Source of the DNA: an uncultured Chloroflexia bacterium
GTDB taxonomy: Bacteria > Chloroflexota > Limnocylindria > Limnocylindrales > CSP1-4
Length of the DNA: 64,000 bases
Assembly (NCBI GenBank): GCA_963749705.1
Contig: CAVVNQ010000008.1
Coordinates: 320,001-384,000, forward strand
Direction of reading: 5' to 3'
Part shown: positions 45,619 through 55,620 of the stretch, one piece after another
Position numbering within the stretch: position 1 is the stretch's first letter
How the letters are laid out: the number at the start of each line of letters is the position of its first letter
Program-made: the position numbers and the translations under genes
The notes under the pieces: generated by a model
What the model was told of the DNA's origin: nothing
Database searches by the model: none
What the model saw: the letters and a program-made list of their open reading frames with translations, nothing else

Positions 45619-47589
45619 TCACTCCTCTTCCGCCTTGCCGGTGTTCGACCGGATGGTGTCCACGACGGTGGCATCGGCGAGCGTGGTCACGTCGCCCAGG
45701 ACCCGGCCCTCGGCGATGTCGCGGAGCAGCCGGCGCATGATCTTGCCCGACCGCGTCTTGGGCAGGTCCGGCACGAACATCAGGAACTTCGGGCGCGCGA
45801 TCGGGCCGATCACGTAGGCCACGTGCTCCCGAAGCTGGACCCCCAGCGCGTCGGACGGCTCCTGGCCCGACTTGAGGATCACGAATGCGAAGATCGCCTG
45901 GCCACTGACCGCGTCGGTCTTGCCCACCACGGCCGCCTCCGCGACCGACCGGTGGTCGACGAGTGCCGACTCCACCTCGGCGGTGCTGATCCGGTGACCT
46001 GCCACGTTCATCACGTCGTCCACGCGACCGAGCAGCCACAGGTAGCCCTCCTCGTCGCGCTTGGCGCCATCGCCCGCGAAGTACATCCCGGGGAACCGGC
46101 TCCAGTACGTCTTGCGGTACCGCTCCGGGTCCCCGTAGATCCCGCGGAGCATCGCGGGCCACGGCCGCTTGAGCACGAGGTAGCCGCCACCACCCAGCGG
46201 CACTGACCGGCCATCGGCATCGACGACGTCCACGTCGATCCCGGGCAGGCCGAACGTCGCCGAGCCGGGCTTGGTCGTGGTCACGCCGGGCAGCGGGCTG
46301 ATCAGGATCTGGCCGGTCTCCGTCTGCCACCACGTGTCGACCACCGGCGTCCGATCGCCACCGATGACGTCGCGATACCAGCGCCAGGCCTCGGGGTTGA
46401 TCGGCTCGCCGACCGACCCCAGCAGCCGCAGGCTCGACAGGTCGTGGCTGCGCGGGATCTCCTCGCCCTGCTTCATGAACGCGCGGATCGCCGTCGGCGC
46501 GCAGTACAGGATGCTGACCTTGTAGTCCTCGACGATCTGCCACCAGCGGTCCCAGGTCGGCGAATCGGGAGCGCCCTCGTACATCACGCCGGTGGTCGCG
46601 TTGGCCAGCGGCCCGTACACGATGTACGAGTGCCCGGTCACCCAGCCGATGTCGGCGGCGCACCAGTACACGTCGTCGGGCTTGATGTCGAACACGGCCC
46701 AGTGGGTGAACGCCGATCCCAGCAGGTACCCGGCGGTCGTGTGCAGGATCCCCTTGGGCTTGGCCGTGGTCCCTGACGTGTACAGCAGGTACAGCATGTG
46801 CTCGGAATCGACCGGGACCGGCGGGCACACGTCGCTCTGGCGGTCGACGATCTCGTGCCACCAGTGGTCACGGCGCGGGACCATGTGGGCGCCGTCGCCG
46901 AAGCGGTCGACGACGATCACGTGTTCGATCGTCGGGGCGTTGGCGACCGCCTCGTCCGCGTGGTGCTTGAGGCCCACCTTCTTGCCCCGCCGCCAGCCAC
47001 CGTCCGAGGTGATCAGCACCCTGGCGCCGCAGTCGTTGATCCGCCCCGACAGCGCCTCGGCCGAGAACCCGCCGAACACGACCGTGTGGGGAGCGCCGAT
47101 CCGGGCGCAGGCGAGCATCGCGATGGCGAGCTCGGGGATCATCGGCAGGTAGATCGCGACCCGGTCGCCCTTGCGCACGCCGAGCTCGAGCAGCGCGTTG
47201 GCCGCCCGGCTGGTCTCGCGCTGCAGGTCCGCGTAGGTGAGCGTGCGCGTGTCACCCGGCTCGCCGATCCAGTGGTAGGCGACCTTGTCGCCCAGCCCAC
47301 GCTCCACGTGCCGGTCGACGCAGTTGTAGGCGATGTTGAGCTCGCCGCCGGTGAACCACTTGGCGAACGGCTCGTCCCACTCGAGCGTCCTGTCGAAGGG
47401 CGTGAACCAGCTGATCCGCTCGCGGGCCTGGCGCTCCCAGAAGCCCACGTAGTCCGCGTTCGCCTCGTCGTACAGCGCGGCCGTCGCGTTGGCCTGGGCC
47501 GCGAACGCCGGATCGGGCGGGAAGGTGCGCTTCTCCGCCAGGAGGTTCTCGATCTCCGGTCCGGTCTGACCCCGGGGCTCAACGCTCAC
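45619..47589 (-). CDS. acs: Acetyl-CoA synthetase
   Basis: YTSGTTAKPKG, DTWWQTETG, LPKTRSGKIMRR. Confidence 0.96.
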   Translation of the reverse strand: MSVEPRGQTGPEIENLLAEKRTFPPDPAFAAQANATAALYDEANADYVGFWERQARERISWFTPFDRTLEWDEPFAKWFTGGELNIAYNCVDRHVERGLGDKVAYHWIGEPGDTRTLTYADLQRETSRAANALLELGVRKGDRVAIYLPMIPELAIAMLACARIGAPHTVVFGGFSAEALSGRINDCGARVLITSDGGWRRGKKVGLKHHADEAVANAPTIEHVIVVDRFGDGAHMVPRRDHWWHEIVDRQSDVCPPVPVDSEHMLYLLYTSGTTAKPKGILHTTAGYLLGSAFTHWAVFDIKPDDVYWCAADIGWVTGHSYIVYGPLANATTGVMYEGAPDSPTWDRWWQIVEDYKVSILYCAPTAIRAFMKQGEEIPRSHDLSSLRLLGSVGEPINPEAWRWYRDVIGGDRTPVVDTWWQTETGQILISPLPGVTTTKPGSATFGLPGIDVDVVDADGRSVPLGGGGYLVLKRPWPAMLRGIYGDPERYRKTYWSRFPGMYFAGDGAKRDEEGYLWLLGRVDDVMNVAGHRISTAEVESALVDHRSVAEAAVVGKTDAVSGQAIFAFVILKSGQEPSDALGVQLREHVAYVIGPIARPKFLMFVPDLPKTRSGKIMRRLLRDIAEGRVLGDVTTLADATVVDTIRSNTGKAEEE

Positions 47590-47652
47590 GGCACCTCCAA
47601 CTGTGTCCAGGGCGCCATTCTAAGCGGCGCGCCCGCTGCGGCACGAGAACGG

Positions 47653-48603
47653 TCAACCGGCCTCCGCCGGATCGTCCGCCGATTCCTCCGTGGCCGCCTC
47701 CGGCGCGACGTTCCCGGCCGGCGCGTCGGGCGTCGCCGGGCGGCTGATGACGACCCGGTGCGGGAACGGGATCTCGATGCCCTTCTCGGCGAACGCGGCC
47801 AGCAGCCGCCGGCGGAGCTCGCCGGCCACGGCCCACTGCTCCGCGGCCCGGACGCTGCCCAGCACCTTGATCGTGACGCCCGAATCGGCAAGCTCCTGCA
47901 CCCGCAGCATGGCCGGCGGCTCGAGCAGCTGGCGGCGCCAGTCGGGATCGTCGTACATCGCCTGGCCGACGGCGTTCACGGTGGCGGCGACCAGGTCCAT
48001 GTCGCTGTCGTACGCGACCTGGACGTTCTCGTTGATGCGCGCCCACACCCGGGTCCGGTTGGACGCCACGCGGATCTCGCCGTTGGGCACCGTATGGACG
48101 GTCCCGCTCAGGTCCCGCAGCGTCGTGCGCCGAAGGCTGAAGTCCTCGACGCTCCCCGAGACATCGGCGATCGTGACCACGTCGCCCACGCTGAACTGGT
48201 TCTCGATCAGGATCAGCGCCCCGTTGAAGTAGTCCTTGACCAGGCTCTGGGCCCCGAACCCGACCGCGATCCCCAGGATCCCGAGGCCCGCGATCGCGGG
48301 GCCGATGTTGAGGCTGAGCTGGTCCAGGATCATGACCAGGGCGATCAGCAGGATGAACACCCGGATCACGGTCGCGCCCAGGTCATCGAGCGTGTCCATC
48401 CGCTTCTTGATCTCCACGGCGGACAGCTCCTGCGCGGTCCCCTCGGCGACCTCACGGTCGAGCAGCCGCTTGAAGATGCCGAGGATGACGCTGTGCGACA
48501 GCCGGATCAGGACGGCTGCGAGCACGAGGATCAGGGCGATCGGGAGGATCGGGTCCTGGAGCAGCGACAGCAGCTCGTCCTGGACGTCGGGAGGGATGTT
48601 CAT
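47653..48603 (-). CDS. mscS: Small-conductance mechanosensitive channel
   Basis: GIAVGFGAQSLVKDYFNG, GDVV, VPNG, GIEIPFP. Confidence 0.92.
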   Translation of the reverse strand: MNIPPDVQDELLSLLQDPILPIALILVLAAVLIRLSHSVILGIFKRLLDREVAEGTAQELSAVEIKKRMDTLDDLGATVIRVFILLIALVMILDQLSLNIGPAIAGLGILGIAVGFGAQSLVKDYFNGALILIENQFSVGDVVTIADVSGSVEDFSLRRTTLRDLSGTVHTVPNGEIRVASNRTRVWARINENVQVAYDSDMDLVAATVNAVGQAMYDDPDWRRQLLEPPAMLRVQELADSGVTIKVLGSVRAAEQWAVAGELRRRLLAAFAEKGIEIPFPHRVVISRPATPDAPAGNVAPEAATEESADDPAEAG

Positions 48604-48637
48604 GGTCCCCAAGCCTAGCGCGCGGGCCGGGCCGGGG

Positions 48638-49408
48638 TCAGGCGGGCGTACCGCCGAGCCGGACCGAGACCGCTGCGGCGGTCTCCCGCACCTGCTGCAC
48701 GAGCTCCGGGATGCGCCGCGGCGTGACCCGGAAGGCCGGCCCCCAGACGTCGACGGCGGCGATCACCTGCCCGCGCGCGTCATGCACCGGAGCCGCCACG
48801 GCGTTCAGCGCAGCGTCGAACTCGCCGAATGCGGCCGCATAGCCGCGGCGGCGGACCCGGGCGAGCTCCTCGAGCAGCGGCTCCAGCTGGGTCAGCGTCC
48901 GGTCGGTGAACCGGTCCAGGCCGCCGCGGACGAGCCGGAGCACCTCGCGCTCCGGGAGCGACGCAAGGAGGACCTTGCCCCCGGCGACCGAATGGAGCGG
49001 CACGCAGCGTCCGGTCCAGTCCCCCATCGCCACCAGGTTGGGACCGTCGGCCTGGGCGACCGTCAGCATCTGGTCGCCGTCGAGGACGCCGAGCCCGGTG
49101 GTCTCGCGCGTGGCGCGCGCGAGACGGTCCAGCTCGGGCATCGCGATCGAGCGCAGATCGAGCGTCCGCTCCGCCCGCTCGGCGAGCCGGATGACCACGA
49201 GCCCCAGGCGGTACTTGCCCGTCTCCTCGTCCTGCTCCACCAGCCCCCGCTTCTCGAGCGTCGCCAGCAGGCGCGACGCGGTGGACTTGTGAAGCCCGAG
49301 CCGCCGCGCGAGCTCGGTCACGCCCGCCTCGCCATGGCTGTCCCCGAGCGCGAGCAGCAGGGCTGCCGCCCGGTCAACCGACCGGACCGCATTTCCGTCG
49401 AGCGTCAT
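48638..49408 (-). CDS. IclR family transcriptional regulator
   Basis: VRSVDRA, LGLHKSTASRLL HTH, GKVLLA, VRRRGYA. Confidence 0.93.
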   Translation of the reverse strand: MTLDGNAVRSVDRAAALLLALGDSHGEAGVTELARRLGLHKSTASRLLATLEKRGLVEQDEETGKYRLGLVVIRLAERAERTLDLRSIAMPELDRLARATRETTGLGVLDGDQMLTVAQADGPNLVAMGDWTGRCVPLHSVAGGKVLLASLPEREVLRLVRGGLDRFTDRTLTQLEPLLEELARVRRRGYAAAFGEFDAALNAVAAPVHDARGQVIAAVDVWGPAFRVTPRRIPELVQQVRETAAAVSVRLGGTPA

Positions 49409-49434
49409 TCCCGGCCGTCCCTTCTCACCGGCCC

Positions 49435-50841
49435 TCAGCCGGCCGGCTTCGCGCTGCCGCCGTACGCGGCCTCTTGCTCGTGCGGCAGGGGCTGGCCCTT
49501 GGCCCGGAGGTCGAGCGCCGCCCGCAGCGAGTCCTCGAAGATCGTGACCACCCGGTCCACGGTGTCGCCCTGCGCATGTGCCTCGCACACGAACCAGGGC
49601 TCGCGGCTGTCCGGCTCGGGCATCGCGCCGCGCGCGTGCATGTCCATCGCGATGGCGTCGTACAGCTCGTGGTCGGTAGTGGCCCAGTCGCGATATTCGG
49701 TCGCGACCTTGTCCGTGAACATGATCCCGAACATCGACGGGTGGCCGGTCAGCTGGTACGGCAGGCCCGTCGGGTTCAGCACCTCGCGCAGGCCGTCCTG
49801 GATCCGTCGCCCGGTGAGGTGGATCGTGTCCAGCGCGTCGGTGTCGCGCAGGATCTCGAGGGTCCTGACCGCCGCCGCCGCCGCGACCCGGTTGCCCGCG
49901 TAGGTGCCCCCGTGGCTGACCTTGTCCGGGAGCATGGCCATGACCTCCTCGCGACCGCCGAACGCCGCCGCCGGATAGCCATTGCCCATCGCCTTCGCGT
50001 ACGTGGCGAGGTCGGGGGTGATCCCGAAGTACTCGGCGGCACCGCCCTTGGCGAACCGGAACCCCGTCTTGACCTCGTCGAAGATCAGCAGGATGCCGAA
50101 CTCCTCGGTCAGCGCCCGCATCGCCTTGTGGAAGCCCGGCTGGGGCATGATCCCCTGCGCGTTGCCCAGGACCGGCTCGACGATGATCGCCGCGATGTCG
50201 TCGTCACGCTCGAACAGCCGGCGCAGGAACTCGATGTTGTTGTAGCGGGCGGGCACGATGGTGTCCGCGACCGCGGCGGGAATGCCGCGGCCCCAGGCCA
50301 GGCCGACCGGATTGTCGGCATCGCCCAGCTCGGCCATGTCGTTGGGCGCCACGCTGATCAGCGCGTAGTCGTGGACGCCGTGGTACTGGCCCTCGAACTT
50401 CACGATCTTGTTGCGGCCGGTGTAGGCACGGGCGACACGCATCGCGTGCATCGTCGCCTCGGTGCCGGACACGGTCATCCGCGCCTTGTCGACCCAGCCG
50501 GTGAGCTCCTTGACCAGCTCCATCGCCCGGATCTCGTCCTCGCTGGTCAACGAGAAGCTGACGCCCTTCCGCATCCGCTCGTTGACGTAGTCATCGACCC
50601 GGTCGTCGCCATGACCGAGGATCACGGGGCCGTAGCCCATCCGCAGGTCGATGTACGCATTGCCGTCGAGGTCCCAGACCTGGCCGCCCTTGCCCCGGTC
50701 GACATAGATCGTGTCGTCGCCCCACGCGCGGAAGTTGGAGTTCGCGCCACCCGGCATCGCGTTGCTGGCGCGGCGGTAGCTGTCCCGCTGCACGTCACGC
50801 TTGAGCTTCGGGGCGGTTCGGCCGACACGTTCGGTGGTCAT
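49435..50841 (-). CDS. Class III PLP aminotransferase (HemL/GSA-aminomutase-like)
   Basis: WDLDGNAYID, SGTEATMHA, FEGQYHG, FDEVKTGFR, YAKAMGNG. Confidence 0.88.
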   Translation of the reverse strand: MTTERVGRTAPKLKRDVQRDSYRRASNAMPGGANSNFRAWGDDTIYVDRGKGGQVWDLDGNAYIDLRMGYGPVILGHGDDRVDDYVNERMRKGVSFSLTSEDEIRAMELVKELTGWVDKARMTVSGTEATMHAMRVARAYTGRNKIVKFEGQYHGVHDYALISVAPNDMAELGDADNPVGLAWGRGIPAAVADTIVPARYNNIEFLRRLFERDDDIAAIIVEPVLGNAQGIMPQPGFHKAMRALTEEFGILLIFDEVKTGFRFAKGGAAEYFGITPDLATYAKAMGNGYPAAAFGGREEVMAMLPDKVSHGGTYAGNRVAAAAAVRTLEILRDTDALDTIHLTGRRIQDGLREVLNPTGLPYQLTGHPSMFGIMFTDKVATEYRDWATTDHELYDAIAMDMHARGAMPEPDSREPWFVCEAHAQGDTVDRVVTIFEDSLRAALDLRAKGQPLPHEQEAAYGGSAKPAG

Positions 50842-50943
50842 GTTCACTCCATGTTGCGTCCCGCCTGTGGAGGCGATCGCCGCCGGCAGCCCACGGGCGG
50901 GGGTCCGCGGCGAGCGCCGGATGATGCACATCCCGGGACACTC

Positions 50944-50960
50944 GTTGCGGACAGTGGAAC
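50944..50960. promoter_or_regulatory. Imperfect palindrome, candidate IclR operator
   Basis: GTTGCGGACAGTGGAAC in the divergent region upstream of the aminotransferase-IclR unit. Confidence 0.35.
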
Positions 50961-51087
50961 GGATGATCGGATCCTGCCACAGCCTCATCCGGCGCGTCAA
51001 CGCGAATCTCGCAACACATCCGCCATCTGCACACGAATACCGCACGTCGGATCGCCATCTGGTCGGCAATCCGCGTACATTGAGGGC

Positions 51088-52506
51088 ATGTTTGATATCG
51101 CGGCCGGTGCACCGGCTCAGCCGGATTCGCGGCCCGCGGGCGGGAGCTACTGGTACACGACCGGAGATCCGGGCCCGGTCCGCCCGGCCGTGCAGGGCAG
51201 CCTGACCGCGGATGTCGCGATCGTCGGCGCCGGCTTCACCGGCCTGTGGACGGCGATCCGGCTGCTCGACACGGAGCCCTCGCTGCGCGTGGTCGTGCTC
51301 GAGTCGGACCGGGTCGGCTGGGGGGCGAGCGGTCGGAACGGCGGGTTCTGCGCCGCCTCCCTGACGCACGGGCTTGCGAATGCGCTGCGCCACTACCCGG
51401 ACGAGGTCGACGTCCTCGAGCGCGAGGGCGTCGAGAACCTCGCCGCGCTCGTTGCGTTCGTGGAGTCCGAGGGCATCGACTGCGAGCTCGAGGCGACGGG
51501 CACGCTCGACGTCGCCGTCGCGCCGCACCAGGTCGACGACCTCCGGGAGCACGTGGAGCTGGCCGCCCGCCACGGCCTCGATCTGGAGCTGCTCGACCGG
51601 GAGGCGATCCAGGCGGCCGTCCACTCACCGACCTGGCTGGCGGGCGTACGCGCGGGACCGGACCGGAACGTGGTCCTCAACCCGTCCCGGCTGGCGTGGG
51701 GCCTGGCCGAGGCCGCGGAGCGGCGCGGCGCGGTATTGGCGGAGCACAGCCGCGTCGTCTCGCTGCGCCGGCACGCACGGGGAGTCCGGGTGGACATCGA
51801 CGGCGGCGGGATCGTCGATGCCGCGCAGGTGGTCGTGGCGACATCCGCCTACAGCGGGTGGCTGCGCCGGCTGGTGCCGCTGTTCGTGCCCGTGTACGAC
51901 TACGTCCTGGTGACCGAGCCGCTGTCACCCGGCCAGCAGGCGTCCATCGGCTGGCGCGGCCGTGAGGGGATGTCGGACGCGGGCAACCAGTTCCACTACT
52001 TCCGCCAGACCGCCGACAACCGGATCCTGTGGGGCGGCTACGACGCGATCTACTACCCCGGCAACCGTGTCGTCCCCGCCCAGGATCGGCGTGCCGCCAC
52101 GTTCGATGCGCTGGCCGCGCATTTCGTCCACGCGTTCCCGCAGTTGGACGGGATCCGGTTCGAGCACCGCTGGGGCGGCGCGATCGACACGACCACCCGG
52201 TTCACGGTGACGTTCGGCGACCTGCTCGGCGGGCGCGTCCACTACGCGCTCGGCTATACGGGGCTGGGCGTCGGCGCCGCCCGCTGGTCGGCCGGGATCG
52301 TCCGGGACCGCCTGCTGCGGCCCGACTCGCCGCTGCTCAAGTTGCGGTTCGTCAACTCGCCCCCGTTCCCCATCCCACCGGAGCCGGTCCGGACGCCGGC
52401 CGTCGAGCTGGTCCGGCGCGAGGTGATCCGGGCGGACGCCTCGGCGGGCCGTCGCAGCCTGGTCCTGCGCACCCTCGACGCGCTCGGGATCGGCTTCGAC
52501 AGCTAG
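51088..52506 (+). CDS. FAD-dependent amine/amino-acid oxidoreductase (PuuB/DadA family)
   Basis: SYW, VGAGFTGLWTA, GASGRNGGF, GYTGLGV. Confidence 0.9.
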   Translation: MFDIAAGAPAQPDSRPAGGSYWYTTGDPGPVRPAVQGSLTADVAIVGAGFTGLWTAIRLLDTEPSLRVVVLESDRVGWGASGRNGGFCAASLTHGLANALRHYPDEVDVLEREGVENLAALVAFVESEGIDCELEATGTLDVAVAPHQVDDLREHVELAARHGLDLELLDREAIQAAVHSPTWLAGVRAGPDRNVVLNPSRLAWGLAEAAERRGAVLAEHSRVVSLRRHARGVRVDIDGGGIVDAAQVVVATSAYSGWLRRLVPLFVPVYDYVLVTEPLSPGQQASIGWRGREGMSDAGNQFHYFRQTADNRILWGGYDAIYYPGNRVVPAQDRRAATFDALAAHFVHAFPQLDGIRFEHRWGGAIDTTTRFTVTFGDLLGGRVHYALGYTGLGVGAARWSAGIVRDRLLRPDSPLLKLRFVNSPPFPIPPEPVRTPAVELVRREVIRADASAGRRSLVLRTLDALGIGFDS

Positions 52507-52531
52507 CCAGGTTGGGGGCGGGATCGGTGGG

Positions 52532-55234
52532 TCAGCCGCCGAACAGCGCCAGCTGATCGCCCGTCCGCTCGACCGCGGGATCGAGCCCCAGCAGCGGCTC
52601 CAGGTCCGCGAGCGTGGCGTCGTCGCGGGCTGCCCACTCCTGCAGGTGGTTCGCCTTGAGCAGGTGCCAGGCACCCGCCTCGAGCTCGCTGCGGAGCAGC
52701 GGCGAGCGCTCCAGCTTGTGACGCACCAGCTCGGCGCGCTCCGGCAGCACCACCAGGAAGCGCACCAGCCGGCCGTCGGCCGGGATCCGGCCATGACGGC
52801 GCAGGACCGTCTCGCTGAGCATCGCGGTCCACTCGACCTCCCACAGGAAGGCCGCCCGTCCGCGGACGTACCAGATGACGTCCACCTCCTCGAGGTCCTC
52901 CGCGCGGATCCGGCCGAGGTACGGCGGGCCCGCCAGCTCGCGATCGTCGAGCAGGTCGGACAGGGACATTCCCTCGATGCGCCGCGATTGCTGGCGACCG
53001 CCGATCCAGCACGAGAAGCCGATCCGATGGCCGAGGTCGACCAGGCGGGCGATCTGCTGCCCGTGCTCCTGGCTGCGGCGGACGAGGTCGTCGGTCGTGA
53101 ACAGTCGGTCGGGAGTGCTCGCGATCGTGCGGTAGCTGTCGAGGCACGCGCGCACGAGCGCCTCGTCGGGAAGGTCCGGTCCGGTGAACATGCCGGCGAT
53201 CCGCTCCTGGAAGGCGACCTCCGACATCGGTCCCGAGGTCGACAGCAGGCTGTACACCGCCCACTCCACGCGGTCCGCGAGCGGGACCGCCGCACTCTCG
53301 CGGTCGGAGCGGTCCGCCAGCCACCAGCGATCGCCGTCGAGCCGGACCAGCCGTCGCTCGCCGTCGCCTTCGAGCGCGTCGCGGACCAGGTCGAGCAGCC
53401 GGTCCACGTGGTCGGCTGCCGGCTCGAACAGGCCCTCGGCCGGGCGCCCGGCGTCATCGGGTGTCGCCGCATCGCCCGTAGCGTCGGGTTCGGATGGAGC
53501 GGGCGGACGGACGAGGCGACGGAGATGCCCGGCGCGATCCAGGCCGACCAGGATCTCTCCCAGCAGGCCGTCCAGGTGAACGGCTTCGCCGCGCAGCTTC
53601 AGCACGTCGACGGCCGCGTCGACCACCGCGCTCGCCGCATCGGCGGGCGAGAACGGGGCGTTGACGACCCGCTCCGCGGGCGCGAACAGCCGCTCCGCCG
53701 GTATCAGGTCGGGATCGCCCGCGCCTCCGGGCACGGGCGGCAGGGCGACGTTGGCCCGGGTCCGCGGGCCGCCCGGCACCGCACCCGAGCCCGGCGGGAC
53801 GAGCTCGACCACCCCGCCCTCCTGGCGTCCCGCCTCGGGCAGCCGGGCACCCGCCAGGCGATACCCGGCACCGACACCGCCGAGCACGGTCGCCACCAGT
53901 CCCTGGGCGTCGTCACCCTCGAGCAGGAGCACGACCCGTGCATCCCGGTCAAGGACCGGGTCGATGGCGCGCAGCGACCGCGTGAGCGCCGCAGCCTGCC
54001 AGCCCCAGGCGGGTCGCACGGTCGGCCCGAACAGCGGCTCGAGCGGAAGCAGCGTGGCCGCCTCACGGCCGAGCGCCCACGCGGTCGCGTGGTAGGACCA
54101 TGCGAGGCGCTCCGGCGAGGGTCGGGGCGGCGGCGTCCCGAGGACCATCCGCACGCGGGGCCGGACGGCCAGGCCGGCCAGGTGCTCGGCCTCGAGCTGG
54201 AGGGCGCTGAACGCCGCAGGGCTGGCAAGCTTGACGACCGCGGTCGCCGATCCCTCGACCAGCGCGCGGAGGTCATCGCCGAGCCGCGCCGGAACGGGAC
54301 CCCAGGCCCCGCTCTCGAGTCGCTGCACGAACCCGCGCACGACCCGGACGCCGTCCTCGAACGATAGCCATGGGTTGCGCTCCCGCCAGTGCGCGCCGCC
54401 GGGCAGCCGGACATGTCCCCCGGCGATGCGCAGCGGTGCGATCCGACCGGGCGAGGTTGCCAGCCGGCTCGCCGGGGCGAGCGCGTGGAGGAAGGCGAGC
54501 CGGAGTGCTGCCGCGATCGGCGGGGCACGGAGATCGTCCTCGACCCGCTCCAGGATGGCGGCCAGCGCGGCCAGCTGCCGCGGGGTATGCAGGTCGAGCA
54601 GCTCGTCCGCCAGCGTCTCGCCGCCCTCGAGCACGGGGAACCGGTCGCGGAGGCGCGCCCGGACATCGGCATCCTCGGGTTCCGCGACGCTGCGCGCCAC
54701 GTCCTGCGCATCGACCGGCGCCTGGCGCAGCTCGGCGCCACCGAGCTGGTCGCGACAGACCCGGCAGTGGTAGTGCTTGCGCTCCGGCTGCGGTCCCGCG
54801 GGTCGGCCATCCTCGTCGACGCGCTCGACGGCCCAGGTGACCTCGTCCAGGATCACCGGGCGGTCGCAGGTCGCGCAGTGGCTCGCGAATCGATCGCCGA
54901 TCGACGCCTTGAGGCTCGAATCGCGACGGGCCGAGGCCGCGAGGGCCTGGACCGCCGCATCGAGGTGGCGCAGGTCCGGTGGCCTGAGCACGATCTCCGC
55001 CAGCAGGCGATCGAGCGGGGTCGTCTCGAGGCTCACCGCCTTGCGCTGGCGGTCGATGGCAGCCCGGGCAATCCAGCCGCCGCGCCCGAACATGTCCAGC
55101 ACGATGTCGCCCGGGCCCGAGCCGGCGTCGAGACGCGCCGCGACCAGCGTGGGAGGTGGCGGTGGCGCGAACCGCTCGAACGCCGGGAGACTGAACCCCG
55201 GCTCGGCACGCAGGAGCATCGCTCGGCCGACCAT
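52532..55234 (-). CDS. Degenerate DNA methyltransferase-like protein with Zn ribbon and C-terminal PD-(D/E)xK-like domain
   Basis: GDIVLDMFGRGG, CATC/CRVC, GTPPP at the expected DPPY position, EVDVIW...FLWEVEWT. Confidence 0.7.
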   Translation of the reverse strand: MVGRAMLLRAEPGFSLPAFERFAPPPPPTLVAARLDAGSGPGDIVLDMFGRGGWIARAAIDRQRKAVSLETTPLDRLLAEIVLRPPDLRHLDAAVQALAASARRDSSLKASIGDRFASHCATCDRPVILDEVTWAVERVDEDGRPAGPQPERKHYHCRVCRDQLGGAELRQAPVDAQDVARSVAEPEDADVRARLRDRFPVLEGGETLADELLDLHTPRQLAALAAILERVEDDLRAPPIAAALRLAFLHALAPASRLATSPGRIAPLRIAGGHVRLPGGAHWRERNPWLSFEDGVRVVRGFVQRLESGAWGPVPARLGDDLRALVEGSATAVVKLASPAAFSALQLEAEHLAGLAVRPRVRMVLGTPPPRPSPERLAWSYHATAWALGREAATLLPLEPLFGPTVRPAWGWQAAALTRSLRAIDPVLDRDARVVLLLEGDDAQGLVATVLGGVGAGYRLAGARLPEAGRQEGGVVELVPPGSGAVPGGPRTRANVALPPVPGGAGDPDLIPAERLFAPAERVVNAPFSPADAASAVVDAAVDVLKLRGEAVHLDGLLGEILVGLDRAGHLRRLVRPPAPSEPDATGDAATPDDAGRPAEGLFEPAADHVDRLLDLVRDALEGDGERRLVRLDGDRWWLADRSDRESAAVPLADRVEWAVYSLLSTSGPMSEVAFQERIAGMFTGPDLPDEALVRACLDSYRTIASTPDRLFTTDDLVRRSQEHGQQIARLVDLGHRIGFSCWIGGRQQSRRIEGMSLSDLLDDRELAGPPYLGRIRAEDLEEVDVIWYVRGRAAFLWEVEWTAMLSETVLRRHGRIPADGRLVRFLVVLPERAELVRHKLERSPLLRSELEAGAWHLLKANHLQEWAARDDATLADLEPLLGLDPAVERTGDQLALFGG

Positions 55235-55293
55235 CCGCCCGATTGTCGCAGAGGTGTCGCGATGGCGGAAGGGCGGTGCCGCCGAGGTGTCGT

Positions 55294-55411
55294 GCGTGCC
55301 GCCGGCTCAGCGTCCGGCGCGGCCACTCCCCGGGGTTCGGCGCGGCCGTGCCCGGATCACGTCGCCGCCCGGGGTCCGGCGCGTGCCGCCGGCTCAGCGT
55401 CCGGCGCGGCC
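55294..55411. repeat. 31-bp perfect direct repeat (2 copies, 87-bp period)
   Basis: GCGTGCCGCCGGCTCAGCGTCCGGCGCGGCC at 55294 and 55381. Confidence 0.85.
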
Positions 55412-55442
55412 GCCAACGGGACCACGCCGCAGCCCGACCAGG

Positions 55443-55613
55443 CCAGGTCCGTGTCAATGAGTATCCAGGCGGCTGTTCGACCGCTCGGTAGGCCCTTCCT
55501 GGCGTCAGTTCGGGTCAGCCAGCCGCCTCAGGCCCAGGTGTCCCAAGTTCGAGCCATGCGCGTGCGCCGGCCATGACGTACAGGCGCGTGGATCCTCGAT
55601 GACACAAACCGGG
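55443..55613 (-). ncRNA. ssrS: Probable 6S RNA (rod-shaped ~170-nt RNA)
   Basis: Long bulged closing stem GGUUUGUGUCA/UGACACGGACC (G-U pairs favour minus strand); central bubble with CUCGAACUUGGGA; inner CCUGG/CCAGG stem. Confidence 0.55.
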
Positions 55614-55620
55614 TCAGCGG

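Noticed and set aside
55294-55411. CRISPR array
   Set aside because: Only two repeats, a 56-bp spacer, no leader and no cas genes
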